Of a stretch of DNA of 64,000 bases, positions 39,805 through 54,489 are shown piece after piece. Location of the stretch: contig NC_043022.1 in assembly GCF_006345805.1 (NCBI RefSeq), forward strand, positions 10,478,001-10,542,000. Reading direction: 5' to 3'. Below the pieces are notes generated by a model, which ran no database searches, had not been told where the DNA came from, and saw nothing but the letters and a program-made list of their open reading frames with translations. The position numbers and the translations under genes were made by a program. The stretch is from Octopus sinensis (taxonomy: Eukaryota). Position 1 is the first letter of the stretch, and each line of letters opens with the position of its first letter.

Positions 39805-42800
39805 TTATGAATGTATATATTGATGTATATATGCAAACATTTGTACATGAGCAACGAGTAAAAAGTTATGTGAAAGCCCACTGACACTCAGGACCTTACA
39901 AGTCATTGTGTGTGTAATTTTTCTAAGTTCAGCATTTTTTAAGAAATGAGGGATTTATTATATTTTACTTTTAATTTATTTTATTTCTTGACAATTTTTT
40001 ACAAGGAAAACACCTAGTGTTGGGTGTGCCTAAAGCAGCTGTCAATCCCATTCAAAGCAGTGAAGTGGAAGTTAATGATCTGTCGAAGCAGCAAGTTTTA
40101 GTCCTATATTTAAAGGTAAACTTTACAAGTAATTTTCAGCTACTTTATTTATCATCATCATCATCATCATCATAATAATAATAATAATAATAATGTCCAC
40201 TGTTTCATACTTGCATGGATTAGATAGAATTTATTGAGGCAGATTTTCCACCGCCAGGTGACTTCCTGTCACCAGCTTTAATCTGTTTCCATGTAAGGGT
40301 AGATTTTTGTATGGTTGGACATGTTTTCGAGAGATATTGGAAATGAAGGACATCTCTTGTATGACTAATGATCATTTATAATTATCGTGTCATGCCATGG
40401 CCATATCACATGCACTATTTTTCTCTCTCTCTCTCTCTCTCAACAAGCCTGGTTAGTTGTATGCATGCAGCACAACAGAGGGAACAATAATCTTGACCGG
40501 CTGACCTTTGGACGTGGGGAAGGTACTGATCATCATCATCATCGTTTAACGTCTGCTTTCCATGCTAGCATGGGTTGGACGGTTCGACTGTGGGCTGGCG
40601 AACCAGATGGCTGCCCCAAGCTCCAGTCTTGATCTGGCAGAGTTTCTACAGCTGGATGCCCTTCCTAACGCCAACCACTCCGAGAGTGTAGTGGGTGCTT
40701 TTACGTGCCACCAGCACAGGGGCCAATCAGGTGGTACTGGCAACGACCACGCTCGAATTTTTATGCATGGGCCAGTCAGGCGGTACTGGCAACGACCTCG
40801 CTCGAACTTTTTACACATACCAACAGCACAGGTGCCAGTAAGGCGATGCTGGTAACGATCCAGCTCAAATGGTGCCTCCTACATGCCACCGGCACGGCAG
40901 CTAGTTAGCCACTCTGGCAACGATCACGCTCAGATGGTGCTCTTAGCACCCTACTAGCATGGGGTACTGATGGTTGAAGATGTATATATATACAAAGTCA
41001 TAAATTACAGAGAAATATTTCGATGAACTTTTATTTAACAATAAGAAAAATCTTAATATCACAACAAATTGTTTCGTAACTCAAAGACATGCAAATAATT
41101 TATATTATCATATTTAATAATAAGTAAATAAATAGCTTTTGTGGGGATAAACACTGATGTTAAAACATTCCAGTACTGACCTAACCCTCTGAATGATTTC
41201 ATTTCAGGATTCTTTGACATTTAGTGGTCAGGTGAAAGAAGCCATTCCAATTCTGTGTCAGATGTTACATTCCAAGGTGAACTCTGACATCCTTGAAGCA
41301 ATTGAATTCTTTGTAACAAGCTTTGCCTTTGGAATGCCCCATAGCTTAGTTGGTATCCGTAAGGTCTTGTTGTTGCTTAACTCTTCAAAGGACAGTACAA
41401 TCAAAGAAGCAGCTGTGAATGCTTATAAAAAAATCTATTTGAATCTTGATGCAGAAAATGAAAGGTGAGTGTGTGCGTGTAATTTCTCTTCTTTCATTAT
41501 TTAACATCCGCTTTTCCATGCTTGCATGAGTCAGATATAATTTGTTAAGACAGATTGCTTTTTTTTCTCTGCAGTTCTTCCTGTTGCTAACCCTCACTTA
41601 TTTCTAAGTCAGGTAATATATTTCCCCATGGATGACAGAAAATGAACAACATTGTATAACTGTCGTGCTCATTTATAATCATCACATATTAAAACAAAGT
41701 ATCCACCAACACGCGCACACACACACACACACACGCATACATATATACACATATGTGTGGAGGCACATGGCTTAGTGGTTAGGTTGTTGAACTCATGATC
41801 GCAAAGTTGTGGTTTTGATTCCTGGACTGGGCGATGCGTTGTGTTCTTGAGCAAAACACTTCATTTCAAGTTGCTCCAGTCCACTCAGCTGGCAAAAATG
41901 AGTAATCTTGCGACGGACCGGCATCCCATCCAGGTGGGGAATTTATTCGCCACTGAAACCAGGAAACCGGCCCTTATGAGCCTGGCATGGCTCATGAAGG
42001 AACATTTTATTTATTATTACACACATATGTAAACACACTAACTGCTTGTAAGGACACCATATTTTGGTTTTGCAACCAAAATATACTATCAAGTACATTA
42101 AAGGCTTACAGGTCAATACTGTATCCTACTTGTGTTAGCAGTGCAATTCAATCAATTTTTAAAATTCTCTCTACAAATTTTCTGTGGTTTGTGTTTTATA
42201 CATAAGTTTTACAGTGTTTTGTAACATAAATATGTCTCAGTAGACAATGTGAAAAGGTAGAAAAATAGGTAATCTTTGATTGCATTGTTTACATCTCTAT
42301 ATATATAAACGGCATTGTCTCAGTAGACAATGTGAAAAGGTAGAAAAATAGGTAATCTTTGATTGCATTGTTTACATCTCTATATATATAAACGGCAAAA
42401 TGTCTGTGTGCGTGTCCTTTATACAAATCCACAATTTTTCAGTTAGAGGGCTCGCACTTTCTATGGTCATTCAAAACCGCCCAAGGGTGGTTGTGCACAT
42501 CTTTACATTTCCCCAGTCACCCCGCAAAGCCATTAAAAAATCAATAGAAGTGAATTTTCTATCCAAAACCCAATCAAAATGCCCGAAACTTGATACGCCA
42601 ATTGAATGCCAGCTAGCTGTATGTGATTGGTCGGAGATTTGGACAGTACTCGTGTGTATGTGTGTATATGTATGCACTAGCACTATGACCCGGCAACGCC
42701 GGGTCATAGTGCTAGTATTTGTATATGAAACATTGTAACTTTCAATGCTGTCTCTAATTTCTATAGAAGATCTGCAGAGAGCACACACATGCATACATCC

Positions 42801-45800
42801 AAGATAAGCTTCTTTTATTTTCCATCTATCAAGGCACTCACAAGGTTTTAGTTAGTCCAGAACTATAGTAGAAGACACTTACCCAGTGCCATGCATTGGG
42901 TCTGAACTCAACAAGACATAGAAACTACAAAAGTGGGATAAATTTGATTGCCTTGTGGAAAAGGGAATATAACCTGTTTGAGAAGTACACTATACAACAT
43001 ACTTGGAAACCATCACATTTAACGTTTGTTTTCCTCCCCACCCAATTCAGGTTTTGGATCCAACTCTAATGAGAAACACTCTTTTATATGCCTTAATCAC
43101 TGACATACGCAGTCATTAACTGTCATCTCATATTCTAATATTTACTTTATCCTATTGGTTTAGCTAACAGGAGTTCCTTTTGATCAGCAAAGAAATTACT
43201 AATTTCATTCCTTGTTTTTCTTTTTGTCTTCTCTTCATTTAATTTTTAAATTTGCCTCCCTAAATATTTTTTTCTCTGTCTAATTTCAGGAGCAAAGCTC
43301 TCAAAGTGGTTGATAATCTAACGACCCTGATGAAAAATATTTCTTTGGAAGAGTTAATTTCACTGGATGCTGTGGTTAGTGTTTGTCTACCCCTCTGTCT
43401 TCTCCACCCCACCTCCATCCCATCTTAATTTATGTGGTTTAGAATACGTTGACTGGTGGTACGTAAAAAGCACTATCAGAATCGTGGCCGATGCCAGCGC
43501 TGCCTCGACTGGCTTCCGTGCCGGTGGCACGTAAAAAGCACCATCCGAATCGTGGCCGAAGCCAGTGTCACCTCGACTGGCTTCCATGCCGGTGGCACGT
43601 AAAATGCACCAATCCGACCGTGGCCGTTGCCAGCCTCGCCTGGCATCTGTGCAGGTGGCACGTAAAAAGCACCCACTACACTCACGGAGTGGTTGGCGTT
43701 AGGAAGGGCATCCAGCTGTAGAAACATTGCCAGATAAGACTGGAGCCTGGTGCAGCCTTCTGGCTTCCCAGATCCCCGGTCGAACTGTCCAACCCATGCT
43801 AGCATGGAGAACGGACGTTAAACGATGATGATGATGATTTCACCGGATGGGTAATATCAGTATGCATGTGTGTAAGTGATTTGAGAGAAAAATTGGGTAT
43901 AATAATAAATAAAATGTTCCTTCTCGAGCCATGCCAGGCTCATAAGGATGTAGTGTACAAGAGAGAAGACTACACTGTTATGAATGAAGACAGTTGCATG
44001 AAGAGGTGCCAATCTGTAATTGTAGAGTGAACATGTGGGATGAAGTGTGGGAAAAGATCTACAGATGTTGAGACTCGCAGAGGAAACGACGGGACCGAGA
44101 TTCCTGGTGGTTTGCTGTGTTGAAAAAACATGTCTAAGTAAGTAAAAGCATGGCTGTCCTTGCTTACAGGCTCACCCCCTGCAAGCCTCTCCTGCTGAGC
44201 ATCCCTAATCTCGCAACCTCATTGGTGCTGGTGCCACATAAAAAGCACCTGTGCTGGTGCTGTGTAAAAGTACCCAGTACATTCTGTGAGGTGGATGTCA
44301 TAGAAACCATGTCAAAAGAGACTATGGAGCCTGAACAGACCTTCAGCTGGTCAGCTCCTGTCAAACTGTCCAACCCATGCCAGCATGGAAAACAGACATT
44401 AAATGATGATGATTTCCATTTTTAACCCTTTAGAGCACCATCCAAGCGTGATCGTTGCCAGAGCAGCCAACTGGCTTCCGTGCCAGTGGCACGTAAAAGG
44501 GCACCATTCAAGCATGATCGTTACCAACGTCGCCTTACTGGCACCTGTACTGGTGGCATGTGTAAAAGGATTCAAGCAAGGTCGTTGCCAGTACCACCTG
44601 ACTGGCCCCCGTGCCGGTGGCACGTAAAAGGCACCCACTGCACTCTCGGAGTGGTTGGCGTTGGGAAGGGCATCAAGCTGTAGAAACTCTGCCAAATCAA
44701 GATTGGAGCCTGGTGCAGCCATCTGGTTCGCCAGCCCTCAGTCATAATTGTCCAACCCATGCTAGCATGGAAAGCAGACGATGATGATGATGAACTCTTT
44801 AGTGTTCAGATTATTCTGTCAAATGTAATGCTGAAGTAATTGTATAATTTTGAATTAATTATGCATTATTTCATAGCTTTGAGATTTCGATGATGTGATT
44901 GTTAATTTGTAAAACGACACTGAGTTAGGTGTGAAAGGCCAGATCTGACCAGTTTGAAGATAAAACAGGTAGAATATTTTGGCCAAATACGGCCAGTTTA
45001 AATGCTGAAGGGTTAAAGCAATATTTATAAATGTTCATACAAGCCTTCCATGCGTACAGGCTTGTCCCTTCGGGTGCTGGCACCACTGAAAAGCACCTAT
45101 ACTGGTGCTACATAAATGCACCCGTACTAGTGGCATGTAAAAAGCACCCAGTACATTCTGTTTAGTGGCTGGCTTTAGGAAGGTATCCAGCTATGGAAAC
45201 CATACCTCTGCAGACAGCTGGAGTCTGGCCGGCTCCATATCAAACCGTCCAAACCCTGCCAGCATGGAGAGCAGACATTAACCCTTTCGTTACTATATTT
45301 CTGACCAAAATACACCCCTTATGTGTTTCAATTAATTTCTAACATAATCATAAATTTAGTCTGGTTTCATTAAACAACTATAACTTTTTTATTTATCAAT
45401 ATATTAATGTGATTTTTGGAAGATAATTTAATGAAATGTTCTCAACCAATTCTATACTATAATTTTTGTCACAAAGTGACTCTAATTGCAGGTAGATACA
45501 GGTAAATACAGGTAAATTCAACAAAATATAAAATTATTAAAATTTTTGTTCAAACATCGCTATAGAAAATGGGTTATTAGCTAATATTCAATTGGGTATA
45601 CAACAAAATTTTACTATAGAATTTGTTATTCTGGGTAACTTTCTGATACTCATAATAATATTTATGGCAAAATAGGCCTTAATTTCATTTAAGGTTGTGG
45701 GAAATCACAAACTATCCTTTCTTTTGCTTTGTTTACATTTAGCGTAACAGTTCAAATTCCACCGAGGGCAACTTTGCACTGCATCTGTTCGAGGTCTAAT

Positions 45801-48800
45801 AAAATAAGTACTAGTTTAGTACTGGGGGTCGACATAATTGACTTACACCCTCCCACCAAACTTGCTGGCCTTGTGCTAAAAATTTGAAACCAAAATTACA
45901 ATTAATTGATGCAGAGAGTTGGCAGAATCGTTAATATGCTGGCCAAAATGCTTAGCGGTATTTTGTCCATCTTTACATTCAAATTCCGCCAAAGTCCACT
46001 TTGCCTTTCGTTTTCTTGGGGCCTGATAAAATAAGTACCAGTTGTGTACTGTGGTCATTGCAATCGACTTACCCCCTCCCCACGAACTTGTTGGCCTTGT
46101 ACCAAAATTTTAAACCGTTGTTAGATGTTTCTCTCTGCTGTCAATGAGATGTGGTGTTTCTGTTTGCAGATAGCAAATTTCATGAAATCTGGAGATTTGC
46201 ACATTTCCGTCATCCAGGTGTTATGGGAAAGGTTTGCCCTGAAGATCCCTCGTACCACCCCTGATGAGAGTCGTACTGCATTGAATTTACTCATGATGGC
46301 TGCTGGGTAAGTGTGAAGTGCTTCAAAGTCCTTTGTAATCATTTTATTCTTTTAGTATACTAAACAGCATAAATCAGTGGTTCTCGACCATTTTTTGCCT
46401 ATGGACCCCTTAAATTACTATTGTATTCTGGAGGACCCACAAAGCTATTCAATGTCTAAAGACTAGTTTTATAGATACTTCTTCGGATCTTTTTGGTTTG
46501 AACGGAAGTTTTTTAAAATAATTTCCAGGTAACCAAACACTTTTAAACTTCGTATACTGGTAGAATGTGTTTATAAAACATCTTTTTCTCTTAGCTTTAT
46601 TGAGAAAATTCTATAGTTTGTAAGATATTTGTTGCTGTTTTTCTTCAATTTCTGCAATTTCAACTAATCACTAACGTCTATTGAGGTGAAAAGCATTCTG
46701 TGCTGTATGAATATGTCCCTCGTTTAAGAAACAGATTGGGTTTATTTACATTTGTGAAGAAAAAAATATACCCTTCCCCCCATCCCTAACCCTAAAACAG
46801 ATTGAAATGCAATAGATCGATACTAGGGTCATAATTATGGGTGACAATTTCATATGACACCGCTAGAAAAAACTGCCGTTCAAACCGAAAAGATCCACTT
46901 CTGTTTTTCACACATTTGCTTGTATAAGCTGAACTATGTAAAAAGCGTTAAAGAAAGAAACTTAGCTGTTTGTTACAATAAATACATCCAAGGATAACTT
47001 TTTTTTTTTCATGGATCTTCAAAATATTATTGCGGATCTTCAGTTTACTATTTGGTGCATGGTTCTCAACCATTTTTTGCCTATGGACCCTTGATTGATA
47101 TTCTATTCTGGTGGAGCCCAACAGTCATTCAATGTTTAAAAGCATGTTTTATAAATACTTCTTTGAAAATTCCTCTTTTGGTTTTCACTCATTCACTTAT
47201 GTAAGCTGAACTATGTAAAACATTAGAGAAAGAGACTCAGCTGTTTCTTGCAATAAACACAACCAAAATAACATTTTTTTCATGAACCCTTAAAAATACC
47301 TTAAACACTTTTTCTCTTTTTTAAACAACACTTTAGGGGTGACTCTAAAATTATCAAAAGCAATATCGCTGTACTTGTTAGCGAGGGACTGGGACCACGA
47401 GCTGAGAAAGACTTCAGAATTGCTAAGGATACATGTTTGGCTCTTATGAAGATTGGTTCTGCCAAAAAGGTTTGTCTTCAATTAACTTTTATATAATTTC
47501 ATTTCATGTTGTTGCTGTTGTTGTTACTGCTTGACTCCATTGCAGTTCTAGATGAATAGACTATCTAGTTCTTTACTGCCCACAAGGGGCTAAACACAGA
47601 GGGGACAAACAAGGACAGACAAACGGATTAAGTCGATTATATCGACCCCAGTGCATAACTGGTACTTATTTAATCAACCCCGAAAGGATGAAAGGCAAAG
47701 TCGACCTCGGCAGAATTTGAACTCAGAATGTAGCGGCAGGCAAAATAAGGTTACATATTTCGCCCGGCGTGCTAACGTTTCTGCCATCTGTCACTCTTTT
47801 GGTTACAAGAATGAAGGTTTCACTTGATCTGGTCAACAGAACATCCTGCTTGTGAAATTTAATGTGTAAGTGGCTGAACACTTCACAGATATGTGAGATT
47901 TTAATGTATTTCTCGGGGATATTCAGCATGACACAGTATGTGACAAGGCTGGCCCTTTGAATTACAGGTACAACTCACTTTTGCCAGCTGGAGCAACAGG
48001 AAATAAAGTGTCTTGCTCAAGGATAACAACGCGTCGCCAGGAATCAAACTCATGACCTTCTGATTGTAAGTCGAATACCTTAACTGCTAAGTCATGTGCC
48101 TGTGAAGGCTCAACAAACTGATATTCCAGTCATGACTATTCCGTGTTAATTTTTTTTAACAACTTACCTATGGCTAAATCCAGTGGTCCTTTTTTAAGAC
48201 GGTAGGGTTTGATTTAACCCTTTTGTTACTGCATTTATTTTAAGATGCTCTGTGTTTCTTTCAATTACTGTGAATACAACAAAGAATTTAGTAAAATTAC
48301 CTGGTTATCATTAAACTAGTGTCAGGAACATAAATTGTGACTAAGGTTATGAAAACAAGACATTTGTACTACAGAGCCAGGGCCGGTTTCAGCCGGGTTG
48401 GTGCCAAAAGGGTTAAGGTTGCTGTTTCCAACAAGTCAAATGACTGCATGTTATTATTGTTTCGCCCTATGTCAGCCATGGCTAATGACCAAAGGCATTG
48501 CAGGGTTGACCACGTTGTCCTTTTCTTAAGTAGTACATAGGACTCAGTGTCCTTTTATTTGAGGGAGTTTCACTTGCTATTTCTAGCAGGTAAGGCAACC
48601 AGAGCGAGACTCTGTTTCTTCATTATACTTACTATTGTCAGATCAGCTCTGGTCAAAAGTATTCCAAATATGAATTTTTTTTAAAGTGTATTTTGGACTA
48701 TTTTATCTAGTGTGGCCAGTAGGGTGTAATTTGATGGAGATTGGCTGCTGTTTCTAACAGGTCAATTAACCACATAAAAGCCCCATAAATGTCTCACATA

Positions 48801-50829
48801 ATTATTTTTGGGAGATGGAAAGATAGCAAATTTTGCAGAATCACTGGCACACCAGACAAAATGCTTGGTGGCATTTCTCATGACTTTTTACATTCTGAGT
48901 TCAAATTCTACCAAGGCCAACTTTGCTTTTCATCTTTTGGGGACCAATAATAATAAGTACTAGTTGAGCACTGTGATTGACTAGCCACCTCTACCCCATC
49001 AAAATCTTAGGCTGTAAATGATTCCATCAGCCTGTAGGACAAGTGTTTCTGTATCGTTAAGCTTCATTAGTTAGAGACACCTAATTTGTTATTCATAGCC
49101 TAAGAACTGCTGTTATATGTAAACAGCAAATGATAAATTTGCTGGCATGTGCAAAGCTTTGGTTAAGCTGGAAGGAATCAATTATAAGCATACTAAGCAG
49201 TGATGATAAGAATAATTTTTAAATGTCACCAACATACATGTGGGCCCGACTGTGTGGTCAAGAAGCTTGCTTTGTGACCATGTGATTTGGGGTTCAGTCA
49301 CACTACGCTGCTCTTCTATAGCCCTGGGCCAACCAATACCTCATGAGTGAATTTGGTAGAAAGAAACTGTGTGAAAGTCTGTTGAGTGTGTATATTCTTT
49401 TACTTGACTGTGGCCATACTGGAGCATTGTCTTAAAGGGTTTTTTAGTCAAAGAAATCAACTCCTGGACTTGTTCTTTCTAAGCCTAGTACTTATTCTAT
49501 CGGTCTCTTTTGCCAAACTGCTAAGTTACGGGGACATAAGCACACTAACATCAGTAGTCAAGCGCTAGTGGTGGTGGGGGGAGGGGGACAAACACAAATA
49601 CATACACAATGGGCTTCTTTCAGTTTCCATCTACTAGATTCACTCACAAGGCTATAGTAGAAGACACTTGTCCAAAGTGCCATGCAGTGGAACTGAACCC
49701 GGAACCATACGTTTGAGAAGCAAGCTTCTTGTTTGTCTTCCACAACTACTTGGCAACAGGTGTTGGTTTGTTTACTCTCTGTCACTTAGCAGTTTGGTAA
49801 AAAATATCAATAAAATAAGTACCTGACTTAGAAACAAGTACTGGGTTGGTTTGTTCAACTAAAATCCTTCAGAGTGGTGCTCCACCCTGGCCACAGTCTA
49901 ATAATGATTGAAACAAGTCAAAGATAAAAGGTGACCATTCTTGCTATTTCTTCCTTTTGTCTAGCAAATTGGAATGGCCGCGCCACCACCCTACCGCTTA
50001 GACAGAGACCATGAGCTCTTTACACGACTTCAGGACTTGCTTCTGACAGGTAAGTATCTTCATTTGACTCCATGTTTTCTTTTATGTCTCTCATTCTTGT
50101 TCTGGAAGAAAGCTGTGATGCAACTGTTTTGCCCTTTTACCAGGGCTGTGGAGTCAAAACAAAAAACTTCGACTCTAATTCTGACTCCTGTACTATTGGC
50201 ACATGTGACTCTGACTCCTCTTTATATAATTAAGTGATTGTGGTCTACATATCTCATAAAGCATATGCATACGCTTGTACTTTGAATAGGCCTATATGTT
50301 ATAACTGGTTTATATTCAAGAATAAAGACATTGTCAGTCGGAATCAGAGTCGGTATAGTTTTACTGACTCAGACTCCAGCTACCCCTTAATTGTTTCCGA
50401 CTCCATGACTCCAACTCCACAGCCCTGCCTTTTACTGCAGCAATCAGATGTATTCACTCCAAATCTTGTTACCTTTTACTATGGAAAGCAGGTTTATATA
50501 CCAGTCTATTTTTTGTTGTGTAATGTCATGTTTGAAGCTGTCTTTTGGTGAGATTTATCATGTTTATTAAGGCAACATAACTTGCAGAAAATGCCACGTT
50601 TCATGCAGCCCACTTCTCAGAAAAGGATACTCATACCTGCTTTAGTGTCTGTTATGTTAAGATAGTGAGAGACAAAAACCTCATCTGCCTTTCTCTACTC
50701 TCAGAATAGGATGTTGGTCTATTGTTGGTAACAATCTTTACTTCTGGACTGATGTGAACTAGGCACTCTGAGCCTTGTTGTTTGGTTGCAATTATTCGCC
50801 CATATTAACAGACCAACCAGATCTTTCTC

Positions 50830-50878
<49 letters not shown>

Positions 50879-53798
50879 GGGCCAATAAAATAAGTACCAG
50901 ATGAGCACATGGGTCAATGTAATCTCCCACAAAATTTCTGTCTTTATGACTACAGTTGAATTATTATCATTATTATTATTATTATTATTATTAAAGCAAG
51001 CTGGAAGATTCATTAGCATATCAGACTGCAAAGTTGACCTCAACAAGATTTGAACTTGGCACATAAAGAGCCTAACGATTCTGCCAATCTTCTGCCCCTA
51101 ATAATAATTATAATGGCTACTGATTAAGGTACAAGACCAGTAATCTTAAAGGGAGGGGCTTGTCGATGCCTTCCTACACCCAGTATTTGACTTATATTTT
51201 ATATTCACCCACACTTGTGTTGCCAAAGCCCATTCTTAACCCTTTCGTTACTATATTTCTGACCAAATTACACCCCTTATGTGTTTCAATTAATTTCTAA
51301 CACAATCATAAATTTAGTCTGGTTTCATTAAACAACTATAACTTTTTTATTTATCAATATATTAACGTGAATTTTAGAAGATAATTTAATGAAATGTTCT
51401 CAACCAATTCTATACTATAATTTTTGTCACAAAGTGACCCTAATTGCAGGTAGATACAGGTAAATTCAACAAAATATAAAATTATTAAAATTTTGTTCAA
51501 ACATCGCTATAGAAAATGGGTTATTAGCTAATATTCAATTGGGTATACAACAAAATTTTACGATAGAATTTGTTATTCTGGGTAACTTTCTGATACCCAT
51601 AATAATATTTATGGCAAAATAGTCTTAATTTCATTTAAGGTTGTGGGAAACCACAAACTATCCTTTCTTTCGCTTTGTTTACATTCAGCGTAACGGTTCG
51701 TTTCCGCCGTAATGATTTCAAATAGGCTCATTCGAAAAAGTAAAAAGAAATAGTCTAAGGCTTTACTCTCCTGGGAAAGTCTGTGGCTTGGTCCAGTTTC
51801 TTCAGAAAAATCACCGAAAGAAACAGTTTTTTAAATTTTCACTCCATTCAGGTGCCAATTCATTTTCTTTATCGCTGTCGGAGCTCTCGGATTCAGTTTT
51901 CACTTTCGGAAAATGAAACATCAGATTCATTATCAAATACCACATGCTTTTTTTTTTCAGTCATAGAGTTAGATTTATGAAGGTCTTCAGTAGAAAATCC
52001 TTCGAATTCTGACTCGCTGCTTGATATAATGAAATTCGTATCCATTTTTTGTCAGAATTACAAATTTTGAAAACACAATAGGAACAAATTTCGGAAAAAA
52101 ATCTCCCAAAATTCATGGAATTAAAATTACACTTCGATTTTTGTACAAAACTGTAGTTGAACTCTTTATGAAGTATAATACGTATTTTCACGAATGTACT
52201 AAAGAGATTTGCTCTGATATTCTCATTTAAATATGAATTTGGGCGGTTTGGTCACATTAACCAAAATTTTTTTCGGGCGGTTTGGTAACGAAAGGGTTAA
52301 ATATGCTAGATTCTGTATTAAAATTGAATTTTCTTTCATCTCAGGTCTCTTTGATTTGGAAAATGAATTTTGGGTTCCTCTCTGTGACAAGGCTGTCTGC
52401 ACAATTTATACTCTATCTGAGAGTCCCGACCACAAGTGTGAGCAACTAGTGAAAGCTGTGGCAGAGAAGGTTCTCTCTTTGAAAATTGGTAAATATAATA
52501 TCTACATAAATATATGCGAGTGTGTGTGTCGTCATCATCATCATCATCATCATCATTTAACGCCCGCTTTCCATGCTAGCATGGGTTGGACGGTTCAACT
52601 GGGGTCTGGGAAGCCAGAAGGCTGCACCAGGCCTAGTCTGATCTGGCAGTGTTTCTACAGCTGGATGCCCTTCCTAACGCCAATCACTCCGTGAGTGTAG
52701 TGGGTGGTTTTTACATGCCACCGGCACAGGTGCCAGACGAAGCTGGCAAACGGCCATGATTGGATGGTGCTATGCGAAAGATATTCTGATTCTAATAAAA
52801 TGTATGGTGGACTATCCAAAATCACTACATGTTTGGAAGGGCATCCAGTGTCTATGCAAAAGCACACAGTTACAGACACAGACATATAAATATACATATC
52901 TCTTGTATCTTTTTGCTTCAGTCATTGGAATCTGGCCATGTTGGAGCCCTGACTTCACTGGTTTGTGTGATTTCAGAATTAATCTCATACCACATGCTAC
53001 AGCTTGGGCAAGGGTCTTCTGCCATATTCTTATTTCTTTATTGCCCACAAGGGGCTAAACATAGAGGGGACAAACAAGGACAGACAAAGGAATTAAGTCG
53101 ATTACATCAACCCCAGTGCATAACTGGTACTTATTTAATCGACCCCAAAAGGATGAAAGACAAAGTCGATCTCGGCAGAATTTGAACTCAGAATATAGCG
53201 GCTGACGAAATACTGCTAACGTTTCTGCCAGCTTGCCGCCTTTTGAATATGGTCTTCTACCATATTCTTGAGTTGACCAAAGCCTTGTTAGTCAAATTTG
53301 CTAGTTAGAAATTGTATAGAACCCTGTCGGCAGAATTGTTCCAGTTCTTACCAGTTTCATTCAGAGTCCACTCTATTGCAAGCATTTAAACCAGGCATCG
53401 AGGATAAGGTCTCTCTTTTGTTTTGTCAGTCTGAGGTTCTGAAGATCGTCATGATTTGCCTTCTAACTTCTGATTAAACTCCTCATCATCATCATTCCAA
53501 TGTCCAATTTTCCATGCTTGTATAAGTTAGACCAAATTTACTGAGGCAGGTTTTCTGCAGTCAGATTCCCTTCCTGTTGCCAACCCTCACCTGTTTCAAA
53601 GTAACTCTTTTACTCTTACTTGTTTCAGTCATTTGACTACGGCCATGCTGGAGCACCACCTTTAGTCGAGCAAATCGACCCCAGGACTTATTCTTTGGAA
53701 GCCTAGTACTTATTCTATCGGGCCCTTTTGACGAACTGCTAAGTTACAGGGACGAAAACACACCACCATCGGTTGTCAAGCGATGTTGGGGGAGACAA

Positions 53799-53866
<68 letters not shown>

Positions 53867-54443
53867 GATGGGCTTCTTTCAGATTCCGTCTACCAAATCC
53901 ACTCACAAGGCTTTGGTCGGCCCGAGGCTATAGTAGACATTTTCCCAAGGTGCCACGCAGTGGGACTGAACCCTGAACCATGTGGTTGGTAACCGAGCTA
54001 CTTACCATGCAGCCACCCATGACCAGACATGTTTTCATTGAAGATTGGAAATGTATGACACTGTATTACAGCGACACTCATTTACAACTATTATGTAATG
54101 TCAAGGTAAAGAGACATTAAAACACACACTCACAACAAGCTTCTCTCAGTTTCCATCTACCAATTCCTTTGGTTATCCGTACTAGAAGAGACTTGCCCTA
54201 AGTGCCTAGTTGTGGAACTGAACTTGAAACCATGTGGTTGGGGAAGCAAATGTCTTACCATCAAGAAAAGATATAAAGCAAGCAGGAGTGGCTGTGTGGT
54301 AAGTAGCTTGTTTACCAACCACATGGTTCCGGGTTCAGTCCCACTGCGTGGCACCTTGAGCAAGTGTTTTCTACTATAGCCTCGGGCCGACCTTAGCCTT
54401 GTGAGTGGATTTGGTAGACGGAAACTGAAAGAAGCCCGTCGTA

Positions 54444-54489
<46 letters not shown>

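Noticed and set aside
47295-47336. U12-type branch-like ccttaaac before exon 20; gtatccc near 19371
   Set aside because: The matching donors are gtaagt and gtaagg, not GTATCCTT; all introns look U2-type.
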